A program made the translations under genes and the position numbers. Shown piece after piece: positions 36,735 through 47,079 of a DNA stretch of 64,000 bases. This DNA is from Candidatus Levyibacteriota bacterium (lineage in GTDB: Bacteria; Patescibacteriota; Microgenomatia; Levybacterales; UBA12049): assembly GCA_963722305.1 (NCBI GenBank), contig CAVRKE010000001.1, positions 373,549 to 437,548 of the forward strand, written 5' to 3'. A model generated the notes under the pieces. The model ran no database searches and was not told the DNA's origin. It saw only the letters and a list, made by a program, of their open reading frames with translations. Within the stretch, counting starts at the first letter, position 1. Every line of letters starts with the position of its first letter.

Positions 36735-38120
36735 TTAAGCAGCCAGGGATTCATAAGCGGTGCCCCTGACAACTTCCGGAGTAACCACAATTGTCGTTTT
36801 CTTACCAAGCAATTCTCTCATCCTGATAAATTGGCCAAGCGGAGAGCGTCTACCGATATACCTTAAACTGAATTCTCCCATTTTTTCATAAATTGGGTCA
36901 CCCGCGCTTGCTTCAATCCTGTCTAAACCGGCATAGATTGCTTTATACAACAACCCGCATTTCTTCGGATGAAGTCTTCCAACAAACATCCTATTTATTC
37001 TGTCGACTGTTCCTTCCGGAATAATTTTCCCTTCCAAATCTTTTCCGTACGCCGCCAATTCATCCCAAATCCCTTCTCCTTCACCCGCATCTCTCTCTAC
37101 GCCGCGGACTTCTTCTCCGTCTCGGGTTAACACTCCTTTTACCGAACCTTCCATCGCCAGTTCAAACGCTACTCTTTTTGAGGCATTATTAAACGCCAAA
37201 ACTAGATGGTCTAAAGAAAGCATATCTCGAAGGCCCAAACCAACCACCACTTCTTGACTGGTCATGGCCACGTCTTTTTGCTCCAATGCTCTGCCGTATA
37301 ATTCTCCTTCTGCCAAATTCCGTTTCCAGTAAACATTAGGCATTGCATCTTCTATCTGGAAGTGCCCTCTCTCAACACTGTAGTCTTCCTTTACCCGAAC
37401 GAAAGCATCCCTTCTTGCCAACCCTGCCCTAAAACCCATACCTGTGATTGGTTCCTCGCCGATATGTCCGTCAGTTCCTATGCCGTAAACCCCCAAACTT
37501 TCTACATCTTCCCGGCCTAAAAGCGCTCTGACAATTTCCGTATATCTGCGGGCGGATTCGGCAGCCGCTCTCTCTTGCGCTTTTTGGAATTCGATTTCGC
37601 CGTTTTCTCCGTCTTTAAACTCGGCCCGCGATACGGACACGAAATGCATTGGTACAAAATTTCCCTCAATTGATTCGCTTTGAATTTGGGCTACTTCGGT
37701 AATTGGCCTGACTTCTTGGCCTAAATTTGTAAGTGTTGCTTTTCTTTGATAATCAAAATCGGTGTCACTGCCGGGTTCCGGTCCCCAGGCTTCTTCATGC
37801 CCCATGACAATTACGTTTGATAAATCGGCAGTTGCAGTGGCAGCCATTTCGCCAAGACTAAACCAAACCGCTTTTGGCGAACCACCGGTAGCTGCATCCA
37901 AAACCAATCTTTTATTCTGTCTACCGGCTTCTTCTGCTGTTTGGGCCACTATTCCGGCAATATACTGCCCAAAAGTCTCCAAGTCACTTGCCACTACCAA
38001 TTCAATAGACTCCGCGTGAACAAATACCGGACCAAACTTTTCCCCCGCACTTTTACTCGACGTCACCATTCTCTTTGGGCTTGAAATTTCAATCTGATAA
38101 TGAGAAATTCCTTCGTTCAT
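36735..38120 (-). CDS. NagB/Pgl-like (sugar-phosphate isomerase/deaminase fold) large protein
   Basis: GIGTDGHIGEEP resembles NagB GIGENGHIAFNEP; LVLDAATGGSPKAVW resembles N-terminal motif; 461 aa is atypically long. Confidence 0.35.
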   Translation of the reverse strand: MNEGISHYQIEISSPKRMVTSSKSAGEKFGPVFVHAESIELVVASDLETFGQYIAGIVAQTAEEAGRQNKRLVLDAATGGSPKAVWFSLGEMAATATADLSNVIVMGHEEAWGPEPGSDTDFDYQRKATLTNLGQEVRPITEVAQIQSESIEGNFVPMHFVSVSRAEFKDGENGEIEFQKAQERAAAESARRYTEIVRALLGREDVESLGVYGIGTDGHIGEEPITGMGFRAGLARRDAFVRVKEDYSVERGHFQIEDAMPNVYWKRNLAEGELYGRALEQKDVAMTSQEVVVGLGLRDMLSLDHLVLAFNNASKRVAFELAMEGSVKGVLTRDGEEVRGVERDAGEGEGIWDELAAYGKDLEGKIIPEGTVDRINRMFVGRLHPKKCGLLYKAIYAGLDRIEASAGDPIYEKMGEFSLRYIGRRSPLGQFIRMRELLGKKTTIVVTPEVVRGTAYESLAA

Positions 38121-38131
38121 ATTTTTATTTC

Positions 38132-39316
38132 TTACATGTTAATAGCCATCCAAACAATTGCTTTTGCATTATTTACTAAGGCATTAATGTTTGTCTCCGG
38201 CACACCTTTATTAAAATGGGGCCAACGTTCTCCATAACCTATAGGAACGACTGTTTTTACTCTTTCAATCCAGGCTGGATCATTGCTGCGTGATACTGTA
38301 GCATGTACTGCTTCGCTTTGTTCAACTCGAACTCCCAAAGGAACTAACTCTCTTAGGAATGCCTCAAATTGCGCATAATAATGGGGCGCAACAATTGCTC
38401 CTTTTCCACCGGAAACATAAGCTGCCAAAAGAGCCGAATCGGGAATTGCATATCCTTCTTCTATACCTTGTCCATCAACCTCTACAATCTTTTTTGGTAA
38501 ATCTCGGGGTGAAAGATTATTAATCATTTGCCTTGCACCTCTGGCAAAAGTTGCATTTTGCTCGGGCAAACCCTCTTCTGCACCAGGAAAAACAAAACCA
38601 ACAGGAAGTTCGCGGAATTTTATTGAATTCCAATTTTTTCTGGCAATTTCAGCCAAAGCTTTAAGAGCCAATATATTTACCGTTATTCCTGCTGCGTTGT
38701 CAACATTTCCTTGCATTAAACCGGTTTCCATATCGACACTCATTGTAGGACTGAAAACAAAACGATCAAATCCGGGAACAAATCCACTTTGAGGCTTAGT
38801 ATCCGCAATATAATAAGGTTTTAAATATTCCTTGCTTTCTGGGTTTTCTTGATGACACCCTATTCTTCCTTTGCTTATTACTTCATATCTTCTAGAACGC
38901 AAGTTAAAGCGCAGAACTGCCGCAGGAAATTCCCGTACTCCTTTTTCAGGACGATGAGCTGCCAAAGGCATGAGTTCGATTGCCGCTTCATTTGTGGGAC
39001 GTGCTACCGTATAGCTGACCGTATCGCTGTGAGCGCTTATCCATAATGGTTTTCGTAATTGTAGCAAAACCGCCGGAGATCCGCTGCCGACAAAATTTGT
39101 TTGAAAAATTCCTCCACCTAGAGGCACATCTGCGTCAATCAACAATCTTTCTATAACAGGGGTTCGCGTGTAGTATTCTGTTCCCGATGGAGCCGGTTTT
39201 TGCAACAAGGACAAAACACCCCATGCTTGATCAAAAGTTATAATTTTGTTTATAGCCTCCGCTGCTCTTTCTCTGTCTCTAAATCTTAGTCCGGTAACCG
39301 GTCGTTCTACTGGCAT
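38132..39316 (-). CDS. M42/M28-clan metallopeptidase-like protein
   Basis: SAHSDTVSY and GNVDNAAGITVNILALKAL resemble MH-clan metal-binding motifs. Confidence 0.35.
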   Translation of the reverse strand: MPVERPVTGLRFRDRERAAEAINKIITFDQAWGVLSLLQKPAPSGTEYYTRTPVIERLLIDADVPLGGGIFQTNFVGSGSPAVLLQLRKPLWISAHSDTVSYTVARPTNEAAIELMPLAAHRPEKGVREFPAAVLRFNLRSRRYEVISKGRIGCHQENPESKEYLKPYYIADTKPQSGFVPGFDRFVFSPTMSVDMETGLMQGNVDNAAGITVNILALKALAEIARKNWNSIKFRELPVGFVFPGAEEGLPEQNATFARGARQMINNLSPRDLPKKIVEVDGQGIEEGYAIPDSALLAAYVSGGKGAIVAPHYYAQFEAFLRELVPLGVRVEQSEAVHATVSRSNDPAWIERVKTVVPIGYGERWPHFNKGVPETNINALVNNAKAIVWMAINM

Positions 39317-39385
39317 ATTATGGGATTATACTGCTGGAGGTAAATAATGTAAATAGCTTGTTATTGCTTGATCAATTTGATGATT

Positions 39386-40039
39386 TTATTTGCCCAAGTT
39401 CTCTAATGTTGCTATTGTTATTTCCGGCAAACTCTTGACGATTTTATCCGCTTTGGAAAAATCCTGATGCGCTGTCCATTTGTTGGGAACTGCAATCACT
39501 TTCATTCCGGCCGCTTTGGCCGAAGCCACTCCGTTTTCCGTATCTTCAATTGCTACGCATTCCGTCACTTTAACTTTAAGAAGACTTGCGGTTTTCAAAA
39601 AAATATCGGGTGCCGGTTTTCTTTTCATCTCATCGTTTACCCCGACAATAACATCGAATTCGTTATCGAATTCCAACTCTTGAATAACTACCCTGACCTG
39701 CCGCTCATTGCGGCTGGAAGCAAGGCCAATTCTAATTTTTGCCTTTTTAAGTTTTTGCATTAATGGCAAAATTCCTGGCATTGGGGATATTCCGGAGAGA
39801 ATAATCTCCTCAAAGAATTTTCTTTTTTTTGTTTTGATAAAATCAGAATCTTGCTCAGCTAACCCATGTCTTTTAATTATTTCTTTGAGAACTACGTTTC
39901 CGGGGTTGTGAATTAAACCCCAATTCTGAAAAATCGGCTTTACACCATACTCCGCCAGGATTTTTTCCCATGCCAAAGATTCTATTGGCTCACTATCAAC
40001 AATTACCCCGTCCATGTCAAAAATTACAGCTTTTATCAT
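39386..40039 (-). CDS. HAD-IA family hydrolase (beta-phosphoglucomutase-like phosphatase)
   Basis: VIFDMDGVIVDSE motif I, GLASS motif II, EDTENGVASAKAAGM motif IV region. Confidence 0.75.
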   Translation of the reverse strand: MIKAVIFDMDGVIVDSEPIESLAWEKILAEYGVKPIFQNWGLIHNPGNVVLKEIIKRHGLAEQDSDFIKTKKRKFFEEIILSGISPMPGILPLMQKLKKAKIRIGLASSRNERQVRVVIQELEFDNEFDVIVGVNDEMKRKPAPDIFLKTASLLKVKVTECVAIEDTENGVASAKAAGMKVIAVPNKWTAHQDFSKADKIVKSLPEITIATLENLGK

Positions 40040-40821
40040 GCGCTTTTGACGAAGTTAACCATATTCTGAAAAAGTGACAAGCCCTGCGGTTGCTTAACCG
40101 TTCCCCTTCTCCAATTGGGGTTTTGTTCAATTCTGACAAAACATTCGGGATGTGGCATTAGTCCCAAAACTCTACCTGTCTCGTCGGAAATTCCGGCAAT
40201 GGCCCTTAGAGCTCCGTTTGGATTATCCGGATATTTTTGCGTCTGTCTACCGTTTTCGTCGACATACCGAAATGCTACCAGATTATCTTTTTCAATTTTA
40301 TCTAGAACCAAACTTCCGGCGAAAAATTTTCCTTCTCCGTGGGCCACCGGGTAGCAAATGATTTCGTCTTCCATCCCTGTCAAAAATAGAGATTTTGAGT
40401 TGCTTTCGGTTTTGAGTTTTATCCAACGGCACTCGAAATGTCCGGAATCATTGGTAGTCAAGGTGACGTCCATTTGACCAATGCGCCTGAAAGGTACGAT
40501 GCCGGTTCTAACCAGGACTTGAAAACCGTTGCAAATTCCTAAAACCGCCGTGTCTTGCCTGTCAACAAACTTTTTCATCTCGTCGGAGAAAAATGAAATT
40601 AACTCCACCGCCAAAATTTTTCCCGAAACAACATCATCGCCGTATGCAAACCCTCCGGGAATACCTAAGATTTGGAAGTTATTTAATTTTTCTTTTCCGC
40701 TCCTCAGGTCGTTGACATGGACTATTTTTGCCTCAGCCCCCGCCAGCTCAAAGGCGAAAGCCAAATCTTCGTCTCTGTTTATTCCGTCTGTTTTTAAAAT
40801 TAAGGCTTTTGGTTTTAGCAT
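40036..40821 (-). CDS. purQ: phosphoribosylformylglycinamidine synthase I (glutaminase subunit)
   Basis: Class I GATase with GICNGFQ catalytic Cys motif and PurQ-specific C-terminus. Confidence 0.85.
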   Translation of the reverse strand: MLKPKALILKTDGINRDEDLAFAFELAGAEAKIVHVNDLRSGKEKLNNFQILGIPGGFAYGDDVVSGKILAVELISFFSDEMKKFVDRQDTAVLGICNGFQVLVRTGIVPFRRIGQMDVTLTTNDSGHFECRWIKLKTESNSKSLFLTGMEDEIICYPVAHGEGKFFAGSLVLDKIEKDNLVAFRYVDENGRQTQKYPDNPNGALRAIAGISDETGRVLGLMPHPECFVRIEQNPNWRRGTVKQPQGLSLFQNMVNFVKSA

Positions 40822-40824
40822 ATT

Positions 40825-43686
40825 TTAAGGAAACATTTCCCGCATTGGTTTTTGCCAGACTTTCTTCAATACATCCAAATCCGCGCTGAACAAAAGTTTT
40901 TTGTTTTGAACGGTAATCATTTTTTCTGTTTGTGTTTTACCGATAATCGTAAAAGAAATGTTTTTGAAAAGCTTTTGAGCGACCTTTTCGTTTGCTACTT
41001 CTACCAAAAAATTGCCGGCGGTTTCGTTGAAAAGAATATTATCGCTTCTTTGATTTTTGCAGTTTGCTAAATCCAGAACCGCACCCATATTCCCACCGAC
41101 ACACATTTCAAAAACCGTGACTATTAAACCCCCTTCACTCACATCATGAACCGAAAGAATTTGCCCTTTTTGCGCTGCTCGATAAATTACATCGCCAATT
41201 TTTGCTAAAAGTTTAAGGTCAACTTTGGGAATATTTGTTCCCAAAAGTTTTTGACTATCAAAATAAACCGAGCCGCCCATTGCCTGCCAATCCATTTTGC
41301 CGACCAAACAAATTACGGAATTTTCCTTTTTAAAATCTGCCGTCAGGGTTTTGCCGGCGTCGGGAATTCTGCCAAACACCGACATGCACAAAACTTCCGG
41401 AATTTTAATAACCTTCCCGTCTTTCCCCCGGTAAGTCGAAGACAAACTGTCTTTTCCGGAAATAACCGGAATTCCGAAGGTCTTCATCGCCTCGACCACC
41501 GCATCAACCGACCTGTCCAGACTCCATAAAGATTCCTCATCGGGAAACGGCCAGATATAATTATTGATAAGTGAAGCTTGACGAATATCTCCACCGGCGG
41601 CAATGTAATTGGAGGCTGCTTCCGCAATCGCCCACAAACTTCCATAGTACGGGTCAAGCCTGTTTAGAATCGGGTTAAGCCCGTGCGCAATCAGCATGCC
41701 GTATTTTTTGTTTAAGAAAGGCCTAAGTACCACCGCGTCATTTGGTCCGTCCAACAGCTCCCCCGAATACGGTTGCAAATCGTTTGTCGCCTGCACCGAA
41801 TGGTCATACATTCTGATAACCGGCTCTTTTGAGCAAATGTTTCCGTGTGATAAAACTTTGGATAAAACCTGCAACCATTCTTGCTGATTTTTGGGTGATT
41901 TGACTATTTTTGATTTTTGATTTTTGATTTTTGACTTTCGGGCAATCATGTTTCTCTGAGGAAGACCGTGGTGTAAAAATTCCATCTCCAATTCACAAAC
42001 CAATTTTTTGCCGTAGTAAACTTTTAGTTTCTTATCCTTATCGAATTTTCCAAGCACTACCGCTTCAACGTTATACTTTTTACAAATATCTAAAAGCGTT
42101 TTTAATTTGTTTTTTGGCACTGCCAAAACCATTCTCTCCTGTGCTTCGGAAATCCAAATCTCCCAGGGCGACAAACCCTGATATTTTAAGGGTGCTTTGG
42201 ACAAATCAACCGTCACTCCGGTCTCCTCCCCCATTTCGCCCACTGCCGAAGAAAATCCGCCGGCCCCGCAATCTTGTATTGCCCGAATCAAACCCGCGTC
42301 TCTGGCTTCGATAATGGCGTCGAACATGCGCTTTTCCTCAATAGCGTTACCTATCTGGACAGCCGAGGAGTTAACGTTGATGGTTCGCTCGGTCATTTCC
42401 GCACTTGAAAAAGTGGCGCCGTGGATGCCGTCCCGGCCGGTCCTTCCGCCAAGCGCGACTGCGATATCGCCGGTTTGCGCCTTACCTTTTGGAGCTAAGT
42501 TTGTCGGAATAATTCCGTAAGCCCCGACGATAATGGTCGGCTTGGCCCGGAAGTCATCATGGAAATGCACCGAACCGTTATTGGTCGGAATCCCCATCCG
42601 GTTGCCGTAATCCCTTACTCCGGTAACCACTCTTTTCAATAAATAATCCGGACGAAGACAGCCGGCAGGCAGCATTTTGTCCTGCATTGCAGGAGTTGCA
42701 AAACAGAAAATATCGGTCGAAGCAATCGTTTTGGCTCCTTGCCCCGTCCCCAAAACGTCGCGGAAAACTCCACCGGACCCCGTCATTGCGCCGCCGTAAG
42801 GCTCGATGGCACAGGGACTGTTGTGGGTTTCAACTTTCCCACAAATCGACATGCCATCATAAAATTGCATGACTCCCGAATTGTCGACAAAGGCCGAAAC
42901 AATATTTTTGTTATGCTTTAGAGCTTCCTTTTTTAAACGGCTCATTAACGGCTCTTTCATTTTGCCGTCAACGTTAAGTTTGGCCTTGAATGTTTTATGC
43001 GCGCAGTGCTCACTCCAGGTTTGGGCCAGAGTTTCCAGTTCGCAATCGGTCGGGTCTCTTTTTATCTTATTGAAATAATTTTGGATGACCTTCATTTCCG
43101 CAAGGTTTAAAAATAGTTTATCTTTTGATAAAGACAACAATTCTTCGTCGTTCATTTTTCTTAAAGGAATCACCCTTGTCGGGCCGACTTTTCCGACAAT
43201 CAAAAGAGTAGTTGGTTGTTTGTCGACGACATATTCGACGATTTGGTTGAAGAGGTTAAGCTTTGATACTAACTTTTGCACTTCCTCCGCTTTAATTTTA
43301 CCGAAAAAATGGTATTCGGTTGAAGCATCGGCGGCTGTTAAATCGTCGATGCCTAAATCTTTTGCCGCCTTAATAATTGATGCCACCTCCGGGTTCATTA
43401 CCCCGGGTTTGTAAGCAATTTCCACTTTTTGCGATTGTCCATCGATGAGCGGTTTATTCAACGAGTATTTTTGATTTATTTTTTCGCAAAATAGTTTTTC
43501 CGCCAGCACTTTTGCCTGACTTTTGTCTATCCCTTCAAGTCTGTACAAACGGTTGGTTAAAACTTTTGTCACCGCCGTATTTTTTAATTGCGCCAAAATT
43601 CCCGAACCTTTAAGGTCCTCTTTTTCGTTGATTGCCGAAACTCTGACAGTTTGAATCATGATTTTACCCTTTCCATATCTCTCCAA
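40825..43686 (-). CDS. purL: phosphoribosylformylglycinamidine synthase, PurS-PurL fusion
   Basis: N-terminal PurS-like ~80 aa followed by PurL AIRS domains; 953 aa; Lys-rich insert KSKIKNQKSKIVKSPKNQ encoded by a heptamer repeat. Confidence 0.85.
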   Translation of the reverse strand: MERYGKGKIMIQTVRVSAINEKEDLKGSGILAQLKNTAVTKVLTNRLYRLEGIDKSQAKVLAEKLFCEKINQKYSLNKPLIDGQSQKVEIAYKPGVMNPEVASIIKAAKDLGIDDLTAADASTEYHFFGKIKAEEVQKLVSKLNLFNQIVEYVVDKQPTTLLIVGKVGPTRVIPLRKMNDEELLSLSKDKLFLNLAEMKVIQNYFNKIKRDPTDCELETLAQTWSEHCAHKTFKAKLNVDGKMKEPLMSRLKKEALKHNKNIVSAFVDNSGVMQFYDGMSICGKVETHNSPCAIEPYGGAMTGSGGVFRDVLGTGQGAKTIASTDIFCFATPAMQDKMLPAGCLRPDYLLKRVVTGVRDYGNRMGIPTNNGSVHFHDDFRAKPTIIVGAYGIIPTNLAPKGKAQTGDIAVALGGRTGRDGIHGATFSSAEMTERTINVNSSAVQIGNAIEEKRMFDAIIEARDAGLIRAIQDCGAGGFSSAVGEMGEETGVTVDLSKAPLKYQGLSPWEIWISEAQERMVLAVPKNKLKTLLDICKKYNVEAVVLGKFDKDKKLKVYYGKKLVCELEMEFLHHGLPQRNMIARKSKIKNQKSKIVKSPKNQQEWLQVLSKVLSHGNICSKEPVIRMYDHSVQATNDLQPYSGELLDGPNDAVVLRPFLNKKYGMLIAHGLNPILNRLDPYYGSLWAIAEAASNYIAAGGDIRQASLINNYIWPFPDEESLWSLDRSVDAVVEAMKTFGIPVISGKDSLSSTYRGKDGKVIKIPEVLCMSVFGRIPDAGKTLTADFKKENSVICLVGKMDWQAMGGSVYFDSQKLLGTNIPKVDLKLLAKIGDVIYRAAQKGQILSVHDVSEGGLIVTVFEMCVGGNMGAVLDLANCKNQRSDNILFNETAGNFLVEVANEKVAQKLFKNISFTIIGKTQTEKMITVQNKKLLFSADLDVLKKVWQKPMREMFP
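41904..41935. repeat. heptanucleotide tandem repeat (TGATTTT)x3-4 inside purL coding sequence
   Basis: ttttgatttttgatttttgatttttgac read directly; encodes the Lys-rich insertion. Confidence 0.8.
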
Positions 43687-44975
43687 CCAATGTCTTTTCT
43701 AAAATGTAAATTATTACCTTCGATGTCAACCATCGCCATTGCGTCATAGGCTTTTTTGCGGGCCTCTTGTAAAGTTTTTCCTTCACCGACAATATGAAAA
43801 ACCCGTCCGCCGTGAGCAACAAAGTTTTTCCCTTGTTTAACAATTCCCGCACCGAAGACTTTGACATTGGGAAGTTTCATCACTTTTTCCAAACCGGTAA
43901 TAACTTTACCTTTGACTCTGGAATAATCAACCGGATATCCTCGACTACAGCCCGCAACGCTAACTCGCGAAAGATTGTCGTGTTTAATTTTAATTTTGTT
44001 TAATTTATGGGCAAGTACGGCCTGAACAATTGTCAGATAGTCTGTTTTTAGCGAAGGGACTATTACTTCCGCTTCCGGGTCACCCCAGCGCGCATTAAAC
44101 TCGACGACTTTCACTCCGGTGGCTTGCCCTGAGCTTGCCGAATGGGTTTTCATTGCCCCCAAGTATAAAATTCCGACATAAGCTCTGCCTTCTTTTTGCA
44201 TACCTTCCATAAACGGTTTAAGAATTTTTCCTTCCGCTTCTTTTAACACTTCCGGCGTTACCACTTTTGGATTAGAAACACAACCCATTCCTCCGGTGTT
44301 TGGACCTTTATCATGTTCGTAAACCGTTTTATGGTCTTGAGCTGTTCCGACAATTTGGTAATTTTTGCCATCACAAATTGCAAATAAAGAGAATTCTTCA
44401 CCAACTAAACATTGCTCGATTAAAAATGTATCTCCGGCCTTACCGAAATTTTTCATGGAGTTAATGGCGGCAATTGTCTCCTTTTTATTTTCGGCGCGGA
44501 TTGCCCCTTTGCCAAGCGCCAGTCCGGAAGCTTTGACGTAAAGCACTTGCTCTTTTAAGTTTTGGACATAAGCAATCGCTTTTTTTGCATCCGTAAAAGT
44601 TTCATAATGCGGAATCGGCAACTTATATTTTTGCATAAAATGCCTCGCCCAATCCTTGTTCCATTCTATTTCCGCCGCTTTTTGCGTTGGGCCGAAAGCT
44701 TTAATGCCTAAAGCTTGCAGTTTATCGACAAACCCTTCGGCCAGTTGGTCGTCAGCCGCAACATCAACCAAATCAATTTTGTATTTTCTGGCGAGCTCGA
44801 CAACTCCATCAAAGTCGGTTGCCGCAACTGTCGGTTCGGTTTTAATTTTTTGACTGGTTTGTGAAATTAAACCGTTACCCGGCGTAACAATTATTTTCTT
44901 GACTTTTTTGCTCAAGGCATAGCCAGCAGCCAAAGTGTGTTCCCTACCTCCGGAGCCAACAATTAAAATATTCAT
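43656..44975 (-). CDS. purD: phosphoribosylamine--glycine ligase
   Basis: MNILIVGSGGREH hallmark and ATP-grasp domain. Confidence 0.85.
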   Translation of the reverse strand: MNILIVGSGGREHTLAAGYALSKKVKKIIVTPGNGLISQTSQKIKTEPTVAATDFDGVVELARKYKIDLVDVAADDQLAEGFVDKLQALGIKAFGPTQKAAEIEWNKDWARHFMQKYKLPIPHYETFTDAKKAIAYVQNLKEQVLYVKASGLALGKGAIRAENKKETIAAINSMKNFGKAGDTFLIEQCLVGEEFSLFAICDGKNYQIVGTAQDHKTVYEHDKGPNTGGMGCVSNPKVVTPEVLKEAEGKILKPFMEGMQKEGRAYVGILYLGAMKTHSASSGQATGVKVVEFNARWGDPEAEVIVPSLKTDYLTIVQAVLAHKLNKIKIKHDNLSRVSVAGCSRGYPVDYSRVKGKVITGLEKVMKLPNVKVFGAGIVKQGKNFVAHGGRVFHIVGEGKTLQEARKKAYDAMAMVDIEGNNLHFRKDIGWRDMERVKS

Positions 44976-44976
44976 C

Positions 44977-47067
44977 TTAAGTTATGGTAATGGTTTTAAA
45001 TTCAAATTTATTGCCGCTTTTACAAAGCTCCTGCAAAACTTGAACATACAACGCATTTTCTTTTTGTTTCAGCCTTCCGTAAAGGGAATCAATCGTATCC
45101 CCTTTCCTGATTTTTTCAAAACATCTGCCCAACACTTTACCAAAATCAAACTCATTACTCAAGAAGTGGTTTGAACAGCCGGCAAAGGTCGAGCGCAGCG
45201 AGAGAAAGTTTTGGATCGCCTTATCGGTCATTTTACCCCTGTTCCAAATTCCTTTTGTTCCATCGGGATTTGTCACTACTCCATCCAGCGTGTCGGGAAT
45301 AAGGCCCGGGTGGGTATTTAATATTCTATACGAGAAAGCTCTAATCATGTCCTCCGGCACAATCTGTTTCCAGCCGGCCAGACAAATATATGTCGGGCCA
45401 AGTTTATCCAAAAGTGTCGCCAGTTCTTCTTTTTTGGGACAAATAAATGTTGGGAGATTGTGTCTTTTGGCTCTGACTAATCCATAAGCACTTTCTTTAT
45501 CACTAATGACGCCAATGATTTTAGCATTTAATTTTTTACTCTCCACCGCATCAATAATCGCCTGTAAGTTAGTGCCGGTCCCCGCATCGGAAATTAATAC
45601 CGCTAAAGTTTTTGGTTCTTTGGCATATTTGATATCCTTTTTATGCTCTCCGATATCAATCGGGTAATCGCCGGTAAAACATGACGTGCAAAAAACATCT
45701 TCGGACAATTCGGTGGCTTTTATCAAACCCCGGTAAGAAAGATAATATAAAGAGTCGGCTCCGGTAAATTCTTGGATTTCCTTGACGGTTTTATAGGCAC
45801 CGATTAAGTCCTTTTGCACCGGCGTATCAATGCCGTAAAAATCCGGAAATTTTACCGGTGGCGAACTAATTACCAAATGTACTTTGGTAGCCCCGGCGTT
45901 TCGCACCAACCTAATTAATTTTTTGGTGGTATTCCCCCGCACAATTGAATCATCGACCAGAATTATTCTTTTCCCTTTTATTACCTCGGGGATAGGATTT
46001 AATTTCATCTTCACTCCCCTATCCCTCAGTCTTGGGTCAGGCATAATAAATGTCCGTCCGACATAACGGTTTTTAATTAACCCCAATTCTAGGGGAATTT
46101 TCGACTGAATGGAATAACCGGTAGCTGCCGGAACCGACGAATCCGGCACCGGCACAACCACGTCGGCATCTATCGGAAATTCTTTGGCCAGTTCTTTGCC
46201 CAAATTTTTTCTCACCTCATAAACTCTTTTACCTAAAATCTCGCTATCGGGACGAGAAAAATAAACAAATTCAAAAATATCCAGCTTTTGGTTTGGTTTG
46301 GCCAATTGATAAGATTTTAATCCGTTTTTCCCAACTACTACCATTTCGCCGGGTAAAACTTCCCGTAAATTCTTAGCGCCGACGGTATCGAAAGCGCAGG
46401 TTTCTGAGGCAAAAACATAACCGCCACCGTTAATTGTTCCCAGCGATAACGGTCTGATCCCGCATGCATCCCTAACCGCCGCTATTTTATCCTTGGTCAT
46501 CACCAAAAGTGAAAATGCTCCGGTAAAAAGCGGAAAAGCCTTTTTGAGCGCCTCTTCCAAAGTTAAACCTTTTTCAAGCAAACATTCAATCGCCAGATGC
46601 ATTAAGCGCGAATCCGTCAACCCGTCGGTTTCTTTAGCTAACCCGTTTTCATGCAAAAAGTTAATTAACTTTTTTACTTCCGGAAGATTGCCATTGTGCG
46701 CCAAGGCTACAATATTTTTTCTGCCGGTCGCCGGTTGGGTGTGTTCGAAGAATGAACCACCGTAGGTTGAATAGCGGTTATGCCCTATGCCGATTAAGCC
46801 GGTTAATCTTTTCAAATCGTGTTCGGTATAGACCTGCGTTACCAACCCCATGGCTTTATGGGTTTTAATTTCTTTTCCATCGGAAACCGAAATACCGGTA
46901 CTCTCCTGGCCACGATGCTGCAGCGCATAAAGACCAAAAAAAATGAGGCGTGCCGCCTCAAGGTCTTTTCCGTATACGCCAAAAATAGCACACTTTTCAT
47001 TAAGTTGGAAACTCATTTCTTCCACTGACTTAACCTTCTTATTCATTTTTATAAATAGGGACCACAA
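44977..47067 (-). CDS. purF: amidophosphoribosyltransferase fused to phosphoribosylglycinamide formyltransferase (PurF-PurN fusion)
   Basis: N-terminal Ntn-GATase (propeptide then CAIFGVYG) and PRTase domain (IILVDDSIVRGNT). C-terminal ~200 aa has PurN motifs LAVLISDAGTGTNLQAIIDA and ILNTHPGLIP. Confidence 0.8.
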   Translation of the reverse strand: MWSLFIKMNKKVKSVEEMSFQLNEKCAIFGVYGKDLEAARLIFFGLYALQHRGQESTGISVSDGKEIKTHKAMGLVTQVYTEHDLKRLTGLIGIGHNRYSTYGGSFFEHTQPATGRKNIVALAHNGNLPEVKKLINFLHENGLAKETDGLTDSRLMHLAIECLLEKGLTLEEALKKAFPLFTGAFSLLVMTKDKIAAVRDACGIRPLSLGTINGGGYVFASETCAFDTVGAKNLREVLPGEMVVVGKNGLKSYQLAKPNQKLDIFEFVYFSRPDSEILGKRVYEVRKNLGKELAKEFPIDADVVVPVPDSSVPAATGYSIQSKIPLELGLIKNRYVGRTFIMPDPRLRDRGVKMKLNPIPEVIKGKRIILVDDSIVRGNTTKKLIRLVRNAGATKVHLVISSPPVKFPDFYGIDTPVQKDLIGAYKTVKEIQEFTGADSLYYLSYRGLIKATELSEDVFCTSCFTGDYPIDIGEHKKDIKYAKEPKTLAVLISDAGTGTNLQAIIDAVESKKLNAKIIGVISDKESAYGLVRAKRHNLPTFICPKKEELATLLDKLGPTYICLAGWKQIVPEDMIRAFSYRILNTHPGLIPDTLDGVVTNPDGTKGIWNRGKMTDKAIQNFLSLRSTFAGCSNHFLSNEFDFGKVLGRCFEKIRKGDTIDSLYGRLKQKENALYVQVLQELCKSGNKFEFKTITIT

Positions 47068-47079
47068 AGAAACGGAAAA

